A stretch of DNA of 32,000 nucleotides, taken from assembly GCA_023818895.1 (NCBI GenBank), contig JAMWCX010000002.1, positions 60,001 to 92,000 of the forward strand, given 5' to 3'. Below, piece after piece: positions 17,399 through 27,836 of the stretch. The notes under the pieces were generated by a model. The model was not told where the DNA came from. It was given only the letters and a program-made list of their open reading frames with translations, and ran no database searches. The translations under genes and the position numbers were made by a program. This stretch comes from Candidatus Omnitrophota bacterium. GTDB lineage: Bacteria > Omnitrophota > Gorgyraeia > 2-01-FULL-45-10. Positions within the stretch are counted from its first letter, which is position 1. Every line of letters begins with the position of its first letter.

Positions 17399-17959
17399 TC
17401 AGGATACCTTTCTTATGCCGTTGTTTTCACTTAAGGCCCTGCTCCCTTTTATCACGTAATCTATGCCTGAAGCGATAGTCATAAGGACCGTGAAACTCCA
17501 CATAACATATGAATATTCAAAACGAGCCAGTATGCTCACTATCGTAATCATCTGGAAAAATGTCGTTATCTTTCCCATTACGCTCGGAGCAACATTAAGC
17601 TTGCCCCTAATAAGATATATTATCACTGAGCCAAGGACTATTATAACATCTCGCGATATAATTATTATTGGAACATAGGGCGGCATGCGCAGGTAGGCTG
17701 GTATGTTTCCCGCCACCGCCAGACATATATAGGCGCTTACCAAAAGCAACTTGTCAGCCATCGGGTCCAGTATCGTCCCCAATTCCGTCTTCTGTTTTAG
17801 CGCACGGGCCAGCATACCATCAATGCCGTCGGAAACAGTGGCGATGAGGAAAACTATGAGGGCAATATCTAACCTTGAATACGCAACCGCGGTTATGAAA
17901 AATGGTATCAGTATTATCCTGCCTATCGATATCTTGTTCGGTATGTTCATCGCTGCCAT
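17399..17959 (-). CDS. pgsA: CDP-diacylglycerol--glycerol-3-phosphate 3-phosphatidyltransferase
   Basis: Has the CDP-alcohol phosphotransferase motif DGIDGMLAR...G..LDPMADK. The start could instead be the Met three codons downstream. Confidence 0.9.
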   Translation of the reverse strand: MAAMNIPNKISIGRIILIPFFITAVAYSRLDIALIVFLIATVSDGIDGMLARALKQKTELGTILDPMADKLLLVSAYICLAVAGNIPAYLRMPPYVPIIIISRDVIIVLGSVIIYLIRGKLNVAPSVMGKITTFFQMITIVSILARFEYSYVMWSFTVLMTIASGIDYVIKGSRALSENNGIRKVS

Positions 17960-17970
17960 GGCGTTTTGCC

Positions 17971-18561
17971 CTACTCTTTTATAATCTTCATCCTGTATAG
18001 AGGCCAGTATATGAATACCGCCTTGCCTATAAGGTTCTTCTTGGGAACAAATCCCCAGTATCGCGAATCTCTCGAATTAGCGCTGTTATCCCCTAAAGTA
18101 AAATAACAATCTTGCGGCACAGTTACGGCCGTTCCCTCCCTGCCATAATCACCGGCATTGTAATAATAGACGGAGGCTATGGACTCAGGCGAGGTGAGCT
18201 CTTTTCCGTTTATAAATATCTTCCCATCCTTTATTTCCACCGTCTCGCCACCAAGGGCGATCAACCTTTTAACGAAATCTTTTTTCGGATCTTCTGGAGA
18301 CGCAAATACTATTATATCCCCCCTCTTGGGTTGTTTTATATCAAGTATGGGAAGTCGGAGGTTAATGAAAGGCACTCTGGCGCTGTAAAGGAATTTATAT
18401 ACAAATATCCTGTCACCTATCTTAAAGGTCGGCACCATCGATCCCGATGGTATTTTAAACGCCTGTATGATGAAGGTCTGTATGAAAACGGCTATTACCA
18501 GAGCTATAAGTATGGACTCCACCCACTCTCTTAACTGAGATTTTACCTTCTTCTCTGCCAT
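17971..18561 (-). CDS. lepB: signal peptidase I
   Basis: Has SGSMVPTF (catalytic Ser), KRLIALGGE (catalytic Lys) and GDNSANSRDSRYWGFV boxes. The start was re-called to the ATG at 18561, so it no longer overlaps lepA. Confidence 0.9.
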   Translation of the reverse strand: MAEKKVKSQLREWVESILIALVIAVFIQTFIIQAFKIPSGSMVPTFKIGDRIFVYKFLYSARVPFINLRLPILDIKQPKRGDIIVFASPEDPKKDFVKRLIALGGETVEIKDGKIFINGKELTSPESIASVYYYNAGDYGREGTAVTVPQDCYFTLGDNSANSRDSRYWGFVPKKNLIGKAVFIYWPLYRMKIIKE

Positions 18562-18577
18562 GATTAACGATGCCTTT

Positions 18578-20374
18578 CTATTGAGCTTTGAGCGCCGCAA
18601 AAAACGCTTCCTGCGGTATTTCAACCTTGCCAAACTGCTTCATCTTCTTCTTGCCCGCCTTCTGCTTTTCCCAGAGCTTCCTCTTCCTGGTGATATCACC
18701 TCCGTAACACTTTGCGGTGACGTTCTTGCCGATAGCCTTTATGGTTTCGCGAGCTATCACCTGCCCTCCTATAGCGGCCTGTAGGACTATCTGGAAAAGG
18801 TGGCGGGGTATTGTCTCTTTCAGCTTCTCGATAATAGCCTTTCCTTTAGAGTAGGCCCTATCTTTAAACACAAGGGAGGAAAAAGCGTCATAAACCTCCC
18901 CGTTGATAAGTATGTCGAGTTTTACTATGTTTGTGGGCCGGTAATCAAGGAACTCATAATCGAGAGAGCCGTAGCCGCGCGTGACCGATTTTATTCTGTC
19001 ATAAAAATCCACGATAACCTCGGAAAGAGGGATGTCGTAGACTATCCTAGCCCTGGTCTCGTCGAGATACTCTGTCGATACGTAGGATCCGCGACGCGAC
19101 TCCGCCAGCTCCAACATAGCGCCTATGGATTCCTTTGGGGTCAATATAAAAGCCCTCACATAAGGTTCTTCGACCTCTTCGATCTCTCCGGGATTGGGTA
19201 GTTTCATCGGATTATCCACCTCTTCTATGGAACCGTCTTTTTTCAGCACCCTGTATACCACGCTCGGCGTAGTGACAACCAAGTTAAGGTCAAATTCTCT
19301 TTCAAGGCGTGATTCGACTATCTCCATATGCAGAAGTCCGAGGAAACCGCACCTGAACCCCATGCCTAAAGAGGCGGACTTTTCCGGCTCAAAGACAAAC
19401 GATGCGTCAGAAAGGCGCAGCTTTTCGATCGCCTCTTTGAGCGCCGGAAAGTCGGCGCTGTTGGCAGGGTATATGCCGCTGAAGACCATAGGGCGCACTT
19501 TCTTGTATCCCGGAAGAGGCGACGCTGCTGGCTGTTCAGCATCCGTCACCGTGTCGCCGATCGTAACTTCGCGCGCCTCCCTTATATTGCACGTGATATA
19601 ACCGACCTCACCGCACGAGAGGGTATCGACATGTTTTTCCCGCGGATCGTAGACACCTACCTCCTGGACCTCGTAGATATTCCTGTTTGACATTGTCATT
19701 ATCTTCATGCCCTTGCGCAGCATGCCATTCATTAGACGAAGGTGTATAACCACTCCTTTATACACATCAAACCGTGAATCAAAAATAAGCGCCTGAAGCG
19801 GATTGGACACCTCTCCGCTAGGTGGTGGTATTCTCTGTATTACGGCCTCCAAGATATCTTCGGTACCCTTCCCGAGCTTAGCGCTGGCAAGGATGACCTC
19901 GGTCTTATCAAGTCCCAGTATATCCGATATCTGTTGGCGAGTTCTCTCTATCTCGGCATTGGCAAGATCTATCTTGTTTATGACTGGTATGATGACAAGA
20001 TTGTGCTCCATAGCAAGATAGAGATTCGCGACGGTCTGCGCCTCAACACCTTGCGCGGCGTCGACAACCAGAAGCGCTCCTTCGCAAGCGGCGATTGATT
20101 TTGAGACTTCGTAGGTGAAATCGACATGGCCGGGAGTGTCGATGAGGTTCAGCTCATATTGGCGCCCATCTCTGGCTTTGTAGTTTATCCTAACTGCGCT
20201 CGCCTTTATGGTAATGCCGCGCTCCCTTTCGAGGTCCATATCATCCAAGAGCTGGTCATGGAACTCCCTTTCGCTTATCGCGCCGGTAAACTGGAGTATC
20301 CTGTCGGCAAGGGTGGACTTACCATGGTCAATATGGGCTATTATCGAGAAGTTACGAATCAGCGACTTATCCAT
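18578..20374 (-). CDS. lepA: translation elongation factor 4
   Basis: Has [25 protein letters not shown] and NKID GTPase motifs and the LepA-specific C-terminal domain. The ATG at 20374 is preferred over the TTG at 20392. Confidence 0.95.
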   Translation of the reverse strand: MDKSLIRNFSIIAHIDHGKSTLADRILQFTGAISEREFHDQLLDDMDLERERGITIKASAVRINYKARDGRQYELNLIDTPGHVDFTYEVSKSIAACEGALLVVDAAQGVEAQTVANLYLAMEHNLVIIPVINKIDLANAEIERTRQQISDILGLDKTEVILASAKLGKGTEDILEAVIQRIPPPSGEVSNPLQALIFDSRFDVYKGVVIHLRLMNGMLRKGMKIMTMSNRNIYEVQEVGVYDPREKHVDTLSCGEVGYITCNIREAREVTIGDTVTDAEQPAASPLPGYKKVRPMVFSGIYPANSADFPALKEAIEKLRLSDASFVFEPEKSASLGMGFRCGFLGLLHMEIVESRLEREFDLNLVVTTPSVVYRVLKKDGSIEEVDNPMKLPNPGEIEEVEEPYVRAFILTPKESIGAMLELAESRRGSYVSTEYLDETRARIVYDIPLSEVIVDFYDRIKSVTRGYGSLDYEFLDYRPTNIVKLDILINGEVYDAFSSLVFKDRAYSKGKAIIEKLKETIPRHLFQIVLQAAIGGQVIARETIKAIGKNVTAKCYGGDITRKRKLWEKQKAGKKKMKQFGKVEIPQEAFFAALKAQ

Positions 20375-20479
20375 TTTTAAGCCAAACGCCAAGAATCCGA
20401 TCTAAAAATGACATTTTTCAAAATTTAGAATTTTTGTATTTTGGATGGTTATTTCGATTTTTGGATTTTGATCTTTGAT

Positions 20480-21907
20480 CTAAACACTATACGCCAGTTT
20501 CTTGCCGAATTCTAGGATCGCGAGCGCCTTCTTCTCGGTTGGCGCTTCAGCGTATACTCTGAGAATCGGTTCGGTGCCGGAAAGCCTGATCATGAGCCAT
20601 GATGAATCTTCGCATATGAACTTATACCCGTCTCTTGTATTCACCTGAATAACGCGTATATCGAGTACCTTTTTCGGCGGATCCGACTTAAGACGCTCCA
20701 TAAGCCTCTGTTTCTTCTCGTCCGGATATTTCATGTCCAGCCTGCGATATTCATAGGTGCCATATTCCCTGTCAATATCGCGGAGTATCTCCGAGAGTCT
20801 TTTACGGCGCATGGCTATCATCTCAAGTATGAGGAGTCCTGAAAGTATGCCGTCCCTCTCTGGGATAGAATTCTTAAACGCCACACCGCCGGTCTCTTCG
20901 CCTCCTATCAGTATGTCCTCTTTCACCATAAGCTCGCTTATGTGCTTGAAGCCTACCGGCGTTTCATACATCTTTAGGCCGTATTTATCGCATATCTTAT
21001 TTATAAGAGCGGTGCCGCAAATAGTCTGTATCACACCGCCTCTCATCTTCTTATCCTCAAGCAGGTGCAATAAAAGAAGCACCATAACCTTATGTCCCGT
21101 AAGCAACTTGCCCGATAACGGATCGGCTACACCTAGCCTGTCGGCGTCGCCATCGGTCGCAAGGCCCACATCGTAATTTCCAGACTTTGTCTTATATGCA
21201 AGCTCCTTGAGATTAGGCATTATGGGCTCGGGATTTATCCCGCCGAAACCGGGATTTATCTCATTGTGAATGGTATGCACTTTACAGTTACCACCTTCGA
21301 GAAGTTTTGCTATGTGTCCATCACCTGTGCCATACATAGAGTCGACCAGTACTTTCAGCTTAGATTTTTTTATAAGTGGGATATTCGCATAACGCTTTAT
21401 GAATGCGAGGTGGCCGGAAATTATATCGGCCTCGGCTATAAGGCCTCTAGACTTCAAATTTTCCAGTGAAGCATATTGAACGGGACTTTCTCCTAAGTAA
21501 GTCTCAAGTTTCTTTGTGACCTCGCGTCTGGCAGAACCGCCGTAATAATCCTTGTATTTTATCCCGTTATACCTTGGAGGGTTATGGCTTGCGGTCACCA
21601 TGACTCCGCCGATCATAGAGCGATCTTTTATAGCAAAACTTACTGACGGTGTAGGCGTGGGCCGGTCGGAAAGCATTACCTTTATGCCGTTGGCGGCCAA
21701 TACACAGGATACAATCTCAGCATATTTGTCTGAAAGAAACCGCGTATCATATCCTATGACGATCCTCCGATCTCTTACCTTCAGGCGCCTGCAGTCGTTC
21801 TTGACATAATCGGCTATAGCCTGGGCTACCGTCTTAACATTTTCAAAAGTGAAATCCTCGCTTATGACGGCTCGCCAGCCATCCGTACCGAACTTAATGA
21901 CGCTCAT
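20480..21907 (-). CDS. phosphoglucomutase/phosphomannomutase-family protein
   Basis: Has the FGTDGWR N-terminus, the active-site TASHNPPRYNGIK and the metal site ATDGDADR. Substrate is not assignable from sequence. Confidence 0.85.
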   Translation of the reverse strand: MSVIKFGTDGWRAVISEDFTFENVKTVAQAIADYVKNDCRRLKVRDRRIVIGYDTRFLSDKYAEIVSCVLAANGIKVMLSDRPTPTPSVSFAIKDRSMIGGVMVTASHNPPRYNGIKYKDYYGGSARREVTKKLETYLGESPVQYASLENLKSRGLIAEADIISGHLAFIKRYANIPLIKKSKLKVLVDSMYGTGDGHIAKLLEGGNCKVHTIHNEINPGFGGINPEPIMPNLKELAYKTKSGNYDVGLATDGDADRLGVADPLSGKLLTGHKVMVLLLLHLLEDKKMRGGVIQTICGTALINKICDKYGLKMYETPVGFKHISELMVKEDILIGGEETGGVAFKNSIPERDGILSGLLILEMIAMRRKRLSEILRDIDREYGTYEYRRLDMKYPDEKKQRLMERLKSDPPKKVLDIRVIQVNTRDGYKFICEDSSWLMIRLSGTEPILRVYAEAPTEKKALAILEFGKKLAYSV

Positions 21908-22569
21908 CTACCTCCTCCTCTACAGGGGTAGGTTTGCCCCTTTAGCTTACTGATAGCCTCTTTATAATTCTTGGCGCCAAATACCGATGTGCCAGCCACT
22001 ATAACATTGGCGCCGGCTTTGATGACTTCAGGCGCTGTGGACTCATTAATGCCCCCATCAACCTGTATGTCCTTTCTAAAGACCTTGCGGAGCTCTTCTA
22101 TCTTGGGCAGACATTCAGGCATAAACTCCTGGCCCGCAAAACCAGGCTCCACCGTCATGACAAGCACCATATCAACCATCTGCAATATACCTTCAATCAG
22201 TTTTACCGGTGTTTTCGGTCTTATGGAGACGCCAACCTTCTTTTTAAAATACTTGATAAGCTTTATGACCTCTTTGGGATGCTCCTCCACCTCGGCATGA
22301 AAAGTAATGATGTCGCTACCGGCCTTCGCGAAACTCTCGATATAGGCCTCCGGTTTGGCGATCATCAGATGAACGTCAAAAGGAAGTTTTGTAAGAGGCC
22401 TTATTGACCTGACCACGACCGGCCCTACCGTTATATTGGGCACAAAATGCCCGTCCATCACATCTATATGTATCCAGTCAGCGCCCGATCTCTCAACGTC
22501 TTTTATCTCCTGGCCAAGTTTTGAAAAGTCGGCCGAGAGTATGCTAGGAGCTATCAAAACCTTATTCAT
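21904..22569 (-). CDS. rpe: ribulose-phosphate 3-epimerase
   Basis: Has APSILSADF, HIDVMDGHFVPN and DGGIN motifs. The ATG at 22569 follows GAGGGATAAG. The stop overlaps the downstream ATG by 4 nt. Confidence 0.9.
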   Translation of the reverse strand: MNKVLIAPSILSADFSKLGQEIKDVERSGADWIHIDVMDGHFVPNITVGPVVVRSIRPLTKLPFDVHLMIAKPEAYIESFAKAGSDIITFHAEVEEHPKEVIKLIKYFKKKVGVSIRPKTPVKLIEGILQMVDMVLVMTVEPGFAGQEFMPECLPKIEELRKVFRKDIQVDGGINESTAPEVIKAGANVIVAGTSVFGAKNYKEAISKLKGQTYPCRGGGR

Positions 22570-22685
22570 CTTATCCCTCACAAAAACACTGAATATGAGC
22601 GCTTAAATCTTAAACCAATTACGCATTCCGGCCCCAAATTTGTTTCGCGTTTAGAGTTCACTGTTTCGAATCTTCTCACATCGCC

Positions 22686-23738
22686 TCACGCCGCATGCGA
22701 GACCATCGCATATACCCTGCTTATATCCTCAAGCGTCACCACCCCTACTACTCTCGGCCCCTTCATCACAGGCATGGCGCGGGTACTTGAGTCGCGCATT
22801 AGGTTATGCACTTTCATGAGCGAATCCGTATCCTTGGCCACGGGAAACTTCCGGCGCATGATTTCACTTACTTTGACGGCTGTCCCGTGGCGGTGCACAG
22901 CCTTCATTATGTCCTGCCTGGAAATAAACCCGATGAGCTCACCATCCTCGAGAACCGGAAAATCTTCCTGATGGGAATGAAACACGAGCTCGAGTACCTT
23001 GGATAAGGAAACATCGGGCGTTACGGTCAAAAAATCGCGAGGCAGTATATCGCAAACTTTGAACTTTTTCAAGGTTTCTTTTATGTCAACCTGCAATTCC
23101 TCATTTGAGGCCGCCATGTATATGAAGACGGATATCACGATAAGGATAACATTAAATCTGACTATGCCTATGTAAGCAAAAACCAGCGCGAAGACATGGC
23201 CAAGGGCAACCGCGATCTTGGTGGCCTTCTGATATCCCAGACGGGTTGCTAAGAGCGCCCTCAGCACCCTGCCTCCGTCCATCGGAAATGCCGGCAGAAG
23301 ATTGAATACAGCAAGCACGAGGTTTATCCAGTAGACATACGCGACTGTAAGCGGCCAGCTGTCAGTAGAAAGTGGGTGAAAAAGCACTTCCGGCCCCAGA
23401 ATAATCTTTGCCGGAAAGAAAAAGACCAAGATTACGAGTATGTTAAATGCGGGACCTGCCAAAGATATAAAAAGCTCCTGGGCCGGTTTTTCCGGTACCT
23501 TTGCTATCGATGCTATCCCGCCGATCGGAAAAAGCGTTATCTCGCGCACCTTTATTCCGAAACGCCTGGCGGCCAAGCTGTGGCAGATCTCATGCAGAGT
23601 CACGAAAAAAAATACCGCGCCCACTAGAAAGAGCCAGCGTACCCCGCCCGAAAGAACAAGAACTAGCAGCAGGAAAAATGTTATGTGCACATTTATCGAG
23701 ATGCCAAAAATCTTAAAAAGCCTTATTGATCCTCTCAC
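22686..23738 (-). CDS. site-2 protease family (M50) zinc metalloprotease with C-terminal CBS pair
   Basis: Has HEICHSLAARRFG (HExxH) in a TM segment, a second metal-ligand region (FNLLPAFPMDGG) and two CBS-like repeats at the C-terminus. GTG start. Confidence 0.85.
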   Translation of the reverse strand: MRGSIRLFKIFGISINVHITFFLLLVLVLSGGVRWLFLVGAVFFFVTLHEICHSLAARRFGIKVREITLFPIGGIASIAKVPEKPAQELFISLAGPAFNILVILVFFFPAKIILGPEVLFHPLSTDSWPLTVAYVYWINLVLAVFNLLPAFPMDGGRVLRALLATRLGYQKATKIAVALGHVFALVFAYIGIVRFNVILIVISVFIYMAASNEELQVDIKETLKKFKVCDILPRDFLTVTPDVSLSKVLELVFHSHQEDFPVLEDGELIGFISRQDIMKAVHRHGTAVKVSEIMRRKFPVAKDTDSLMKVHNLMRDSSTRAMPVMKGPRVVGVVTLEDISRVYAMVSHAA

Positions 23739-23818
23739 CCTTTTATATCTCCCCTAACATCAATCCCAAAATTCACCCTCGCAATAACAGACCTTTGGTA
23801 AAGGTGCAAGCAGTGAAG

Positions 23819-25072
23819 TTAGAAATGCAGCGCGTTTTTTATTTTTGAGTCGTCCTTTATTGGACCGATGGCGGCCAGATTCAAATTAGCGTCCCTGAAA
23901 ATTTCCTGCGCGATTCTCATCAGGTCATCTTGGGTTACCTTCTCCACCCTGTCAAGGATGTCCTTGACGCTTATATCCTTTTCACCCGCGATAAGTTTTT
24001 CGCCAAGCCAGAGCATGTGACTCATGGTATCCTCCAACGCGAAGAGAAGCTGTCCTTTGTAATATTCCTTCGCGCGGCGCATCTCTTCAGCCGATACTGC
24101 TTCTCTACTCACCCGCGTCAGCTCCTTCAGGATAACTTCCAGCGCGCTTACAAGCTTCTTTTCCTCCACGCCGGCGCTTATCACAAACGCCCCACAATCT
24201 TCATACCTTCTGACGCTGGAAGATATTTCGTAACACAACCCCATCTCATCCCTTACAATATGGAAAAGCCTCGACGACATATTCGCGCCCAGTATTATGT
24301 TCAGAAGGCTCATCGCATACCTGTCAGGACTGAACCTGTCAAGGGCATGCAAGCCGATAGCTATATGAGTCTGTTCGGTCTGTTTTACATTGATTCTGAG
24401 GCATGGTCTGTCATGTCTCAGCGCCACCTTCTCATATCTTGAAGGCAAGCCTTTCGGCGCTTTAAGAAGATATTTCACCACATGTTCTTCAAGCTCTTCA
24501 GCGGTTATGCGACCAGCACCGATCAGAAGCATATTTGAAGGATTATAATAACAGTTTTTATATGCGACTATGTCGTCCCGACTAATGGCCTTGACCGACT
24601 CGACGGTACCGGCAAGTGGCTGGCCCAGAGGCTGACCCGGCCACATCATTTCCGCCAGAATTTCGTGCACATAATGAGCGGGGATATCCTTGTACATATT
24701 AATCTCTTCTATAATAACGTTCTTCTCTTTATCAATCTCGGAGTTATCCAGTTTCGCATTAAGCACCATATCGCTCAATATATCAACCCCCAGCTCCGCA
24801 TCCTTGGCTAAAACCTTGACAAGATAACAGGTATGCTCCTCGGAAGTGAAGCCGTTGAAACTCCCGCCACGGCCCTCTATCTCCTGCTTTATCGTCATCA
24901 TGTCGCGTTTCAAAGTTCCTTTAAAAAGAAGATGCTCCAGAAGATGGCTTATACCACTTATATACTTATTCTCATACCTGCCGCCGACACGCAACCATAT
25001 ACCAATCGAGACAGACTCCATATGGGCCATGGGCTCAGCCATTACCTTAAGACCGTTTTCAAGAACTTTCAT
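23819..25072 (-). CDS. M16-family (pitrilysin-like) zinc peptidase
   Basis: Has the inverted zinc motif HLLEHLLFKGT (HxxEH) and a downstream E. The ATG at 25072 is preceded by AGGGTG at 6 nt; the track start is an upstream TTG. Confidence 0.85.
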   Translation of the reverse strand: MKVLENGLKVMAEPMAHMESVSIGIWLRVGGRYENKYISGISHLLEHLLFKGTLKRDMMTIKQEIEGRGGSFNGFTSEEHTCYLVKVLAKDAELGVDILSDMVLNAKLDNSEIDKEKNVIIEEINMYKDIPAHYVHEILAEMMWPGQPLGQPLAGTVESVKAISRDDIVAYKNCYYNPSNMLLIGAGRITAEELEEHVVKYLLKAPKGLPSRYEKVALRHDRPCLRINVKQTEQTHIAIGLHALDRFSPDRYAMSLLNIILGANMSSRLFHIVRDEMGLCYEISSSVRRYEDCGAFVISAGVEEKKLVSALEVILKELTRVSREAVSAEEMRRAKEYYKGQLLFALEDTMSHMLWLGEKLIAGEKDISVKDILDRVEKVTQDDLMRIAQEIFRDANLNLAAIGPIKDDSKIKNALHF

Positions 25073-25189
25073 CTTATACACCCTAGACCCCCTTCCTCGT
25101 AAGCGAAGGTTCCATATTTTCAAAATACGACGAAACTATTCCGCGGAAAACCGATTCTGATCTTATGCGTCGAAAGAAATTCAGTCTAA

Positions 25190-25603
25190 TCATCTTCTTC
25201 TGAAATCAAGATACGACTGCAGGATAAGCTGAGCCGCAAGCTTGTCTGCAAGTCTTCTTCGCTTTAACCTGCTTACGTCGGCCTCAAGAAGCGTCCTTTC
25301 AGCCTGCATGGTAGTCAGGCGCTCATCCCAAGTCCTTACCGGAATTCGGAGCGCGTTTGAAAGCTCTTTCGCAAATGCAAGCACCTCTTCAGTCTTCTGG
25401 CTATGTGTTCCGTTCATATTAAGCGGAAGGCCTACTACCACTTCGGAAACATCATGCTCTGCGACTATTTTGACAATCCTTTCTATATCAGAAGCGTTAT
25501 CCGTGTGTTCTATAGTTTCCATGCCATGCGAGGCGAGTAGAAGCTCATCGCTTATCGCGATGCCTATCCGTTTTGCGCCGAAATCTATAGCTATTATTCT
25601 CAT
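25190..25603 (-). CDS. ruvX: putative pre-16S rRNA nuclease / Holliday-junction resolvase-like protein YqgF
   Basis: Has MRIIAIDFGAKRIGIAISD and DERLTT motifs. Start re-called to the ATG at 25603. Confidence 0.85.
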   Translation of the reverse strand: MRIIAIDFGAKRIGIAISDELLLASHGMETIEHTDNASDIERIVKIVAEHDVSEVVVGLPLNMNGTHSQKTEEVLAFAKELSNALRIPVRTWDERLTTMQAERTLLEADVSRLKRRRLADKLAAQLILQSYLDFRRR

Positions 25604-25649
25604 TCTGCGTCTTCTTCCCGAGGCCGTTTCCAAAATAATAGGCGTAACG

Positions 25650-26570
25650 TCATAATATCTTTACAATCTTCCCGCCCTTTTCCACGAACTGCCGACCCTC
25701 CCGCTTAAGCACATTCTTAAGGGCCCGGAAAGTTCCCATGTCATCCCACCCGTACGAAGCCTTTACGCAGTAGACATGCTTCGCCTTTTCCATGATTGCA
25801 TAATCAATTGATATATCCGGAAGCCGCTCATACGCCAAATCGGAGGCATTGCATTCATTTGCAACACGGAATATCTCAGGGGCGCATTTTTGAACCATTT
25901 TCATGAAATACCGACCGCCGAATATAAATATACCGCTATTCCAGAGATAGCCCCCTCTTCTAAAATACCTTTCCGCCGTCTTGAGAGGCGGTTTCTCCAC
26001 AAATCTTTCAACTACGAATATCTCTGCATTCCGCCTAACACTCCTACCGATTTTTATATACCCAAACTCCGTAGACGGATGGCGGGGCTTTATACCGATC
26101 ACCACTATTCCAGCACCTCTTTTTCGTATGAAATCCACGCCCTTTTTCAGACAGGCGAGCTGTCTGTCATCATCAGATATATAATGATCGGTAGGAAGAA
26201 CCATTATTATGGCATTGGAATCGCGTTTCAAAATAGCGCCCGAGGCAAGAGCGATAGCGGGAGCCGTGTTGCGGCAGACAGGTTCTAAAATAAGATTTGA
26301 AGCCTTGAGCGCGGGCACATCAGCCCTGACCAGCTTCTCATGCAACCTGTTTGCTGAGACGATGATATTGGCGTCCGGCACCATCCGGCGTATCCTGTCG
26401 ATGGTGTTTCTGAACATCGTCTTACGGTTTCTGGTAACCGAGAGAAATGATTTTGGCCTTAGGTCGGATGATAGCGGCCTCAAGCGCTTGCCCTTGCCGC
26501 CGACCAGCACAACGGAATATAGGGTACCTCGCGCTCGCATATCATCAGGTGCTAAATATTTATGCCTCAT
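25650..26570 (-). CDS. sugar-phosphate nucleotidyltransferase, mannose-1-phosphate guanylyltransferase-like
   Basis: Has VVLVGGKGKRLRPLS (G-x-G-x-R-L-x-P-L-S), later LWNSGIF and DYAIMEK motifs, as in the ManC/CpsB N-terminal domain. The start is uncertain (ATG 26570 or 26540); the track's TTG at 26633 overlaps trpA heavily. Confidence 0.7.
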   Translation of the reverse strand: MRHKYLAPDDMRARGTLYSVVLVGGKGKRLRPLSSDLRPKSFLSVTRNRKTMFRNTIDRIRRMVPDANIIVSANRLHEKLVRADVPALKASNLILEPVCRNTAPAIALASGAILKRDSNAIIMVLPTDHYISDDDRQLACLKKGVDFIRKRGAGIVVIGIKPRHPSTEFGYIKIGRSVRRNAEIFVVERFVEKPPLKTAERYFRRGGYLWNSGIFIFGGRYFMKMVQKCAPEIFRVANECNASDLAYERLPDISIDYAIMEKAKHVYCVKASYGWDDMGTFRALKNVLKREGRQFVEKGGKIVKIL

Positions 26571-27348
26571 GGATGGCTCTCGATAGCTGCCGGACAAATC
26601 TCGACACTTTTGACAAGGCATTTCTGTCCCCAACCATTTTCACTATAGCGCTTCCAACGATCACGCCGTCTGCGATCTTTGCTAGCATCGCCGCTTGCTT
26701 GGGGGTTGATACACCGAATCCAACGGCCAGAGGTTTATCCGAAACTGATTTTACAACCCTTATCTTTGCCGCCACATCCTGCGGAAGCTTTTTTCTTGCG
26801 CCCGTGACGCCAGTTAAAGAAACATAATAGACAAAACCCTTAGAACTTCTGACAATGTCCTTTACTCTCTTTTTAGTAGAAGTCGGCGCGACCAAAAATA
26901 TCGTCGCTACGTTCTCGGCATGGCCGCGCTTTATAAGTTCGCCCGCTTCCTCATGCGGAAGATCTGGGACTATAACCCCGTCAACGCCGCTTTTCCGGCA
27001 GCTATAGAAGAAATTTTTAAGACCATATCTGAGAACCGGATTATAGTATGTCATGAATACCAGAGGAATCTCAGTCTTTTTCCTCAAAGAGGCGCTCATG
27101 GCAAATATCTTCCGCATCGTTACTTTCTTCGCCAGGGCCCGCTGGGACGCCGCTTGGATCACCGGCCCATCAGCGAGCGGATCGGAAAAAGGCACACCAA
27201 GCTCGATAATATCGACGCCGGCTTTTTCAAGTGCAAGAGCTATTTTTTGAGTCGTGGCCAAGTCGGGATCACCGGCAGTAATATAGGCTATGAATGCTTT
27301 TTTATTTTTGGTCTTCAGTTCGTTAAATTTACTCTCTATACGGTTCAC
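26560..27348 (-). CDS. trpA: tryptophan synthase alpha chain
   Basis: Has YITAGDP, ELGVPFSDPLADGPVIQ and GFGVS motifs. The GTG start overlaps the upstream ORF's TGA (GTGA). Confidence 0.93.
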   Translation of the reverse strand: MNRIESKFNELKTKNKKAFIAYITAGDPDLATTQKIALALEKAGVDIIELGVPFSDPLADGPVIQAASQRALAKKVTMRKIFAMSASLRKKTEIPLVFMTYYNPVLRYGLKNFFYSCRKSGVDGVIVPDLPHEEAGELIKRGHAENVATIFLVAPTSTKKRVKDIVRSSKGFVYYVSLTGVTGARKKLPQDVAAKIRVVKSVSDKPLAVGFGVSTPKQAAMLAKIADGVIVGSAIVKMVGDRNALSKVSRFVRQLSRAIHEA

Positions 27349-27776
27349 CTCTGCCCCTCTTTCTCCCGACCCCCATCTTTGGCAAAACCTGGTTCCTCCT
27401 TGAGCATTATTGGGTAATTAAGAACCAGATCGCCGTCTAGCAGTATCTCGACCCAGTATTTTCCGGCTGAGCGGAAAGTAATATTATTCACCTTGGATAT
27501 AAGCGTATGGTGCCCATCTATATCCTTGAGCTCGAAGCGCTGTTCATCGGTCTGAAAGGCTATGGACCTGTCAATCGAGCTTACGATGCGTATCCTCTGG
27601 GAAAACTGTCCTTCTCCCTTGCACCACCTATTGACCACAAAAAGCGTAGGATGTGTCGCTGGAAATTTCCGCGCGTTTATAGCCTCAAATAAACCTATTA
27701 GTATAAACTTACCGTTATCCTCGCGCCTTACATCATCGCACAATACGGAAAATTGCAGATTCGGCTTAATATTCAT
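27345..27776 (-). CDS. hypothetical protein (143 aa) embedded between trpB and trpA
   Basis: Has AAGGTG 4 nt upstream of the ATG (27776), and its stop is coupled to the trpA start. Protein: MNIKPNLQFSVLCDDVRREDNGKFILIGLFEAINARKFPATHPTLFVVNRW... From memory it resembles an uncharacterised beta-rich bacterial family (L.CD...GK..ilG.f....FPA.hp pattern). No function is known to me. Confidence 0.65.
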   Translation of the reverse strand: MNIKPNLQFSVLCDDVRREDNGKFILIGLFEAINARKFPATHPTLFVVNRWCKGEGQFSQRIRIVSSIDRSIAFQTDEQRFELKDIDGHHTLISKVNNITFRSAGKYWVEILLDGDLVLNYPIMLKEEPGFAKDGGREKEGQR

Positions 27777-27836
27777 GCCGCACCTTCTTTCTTATGCTTA
27801 TAAAAAACCGCAAAGAGATTGCTGAGTCGCAGTATG

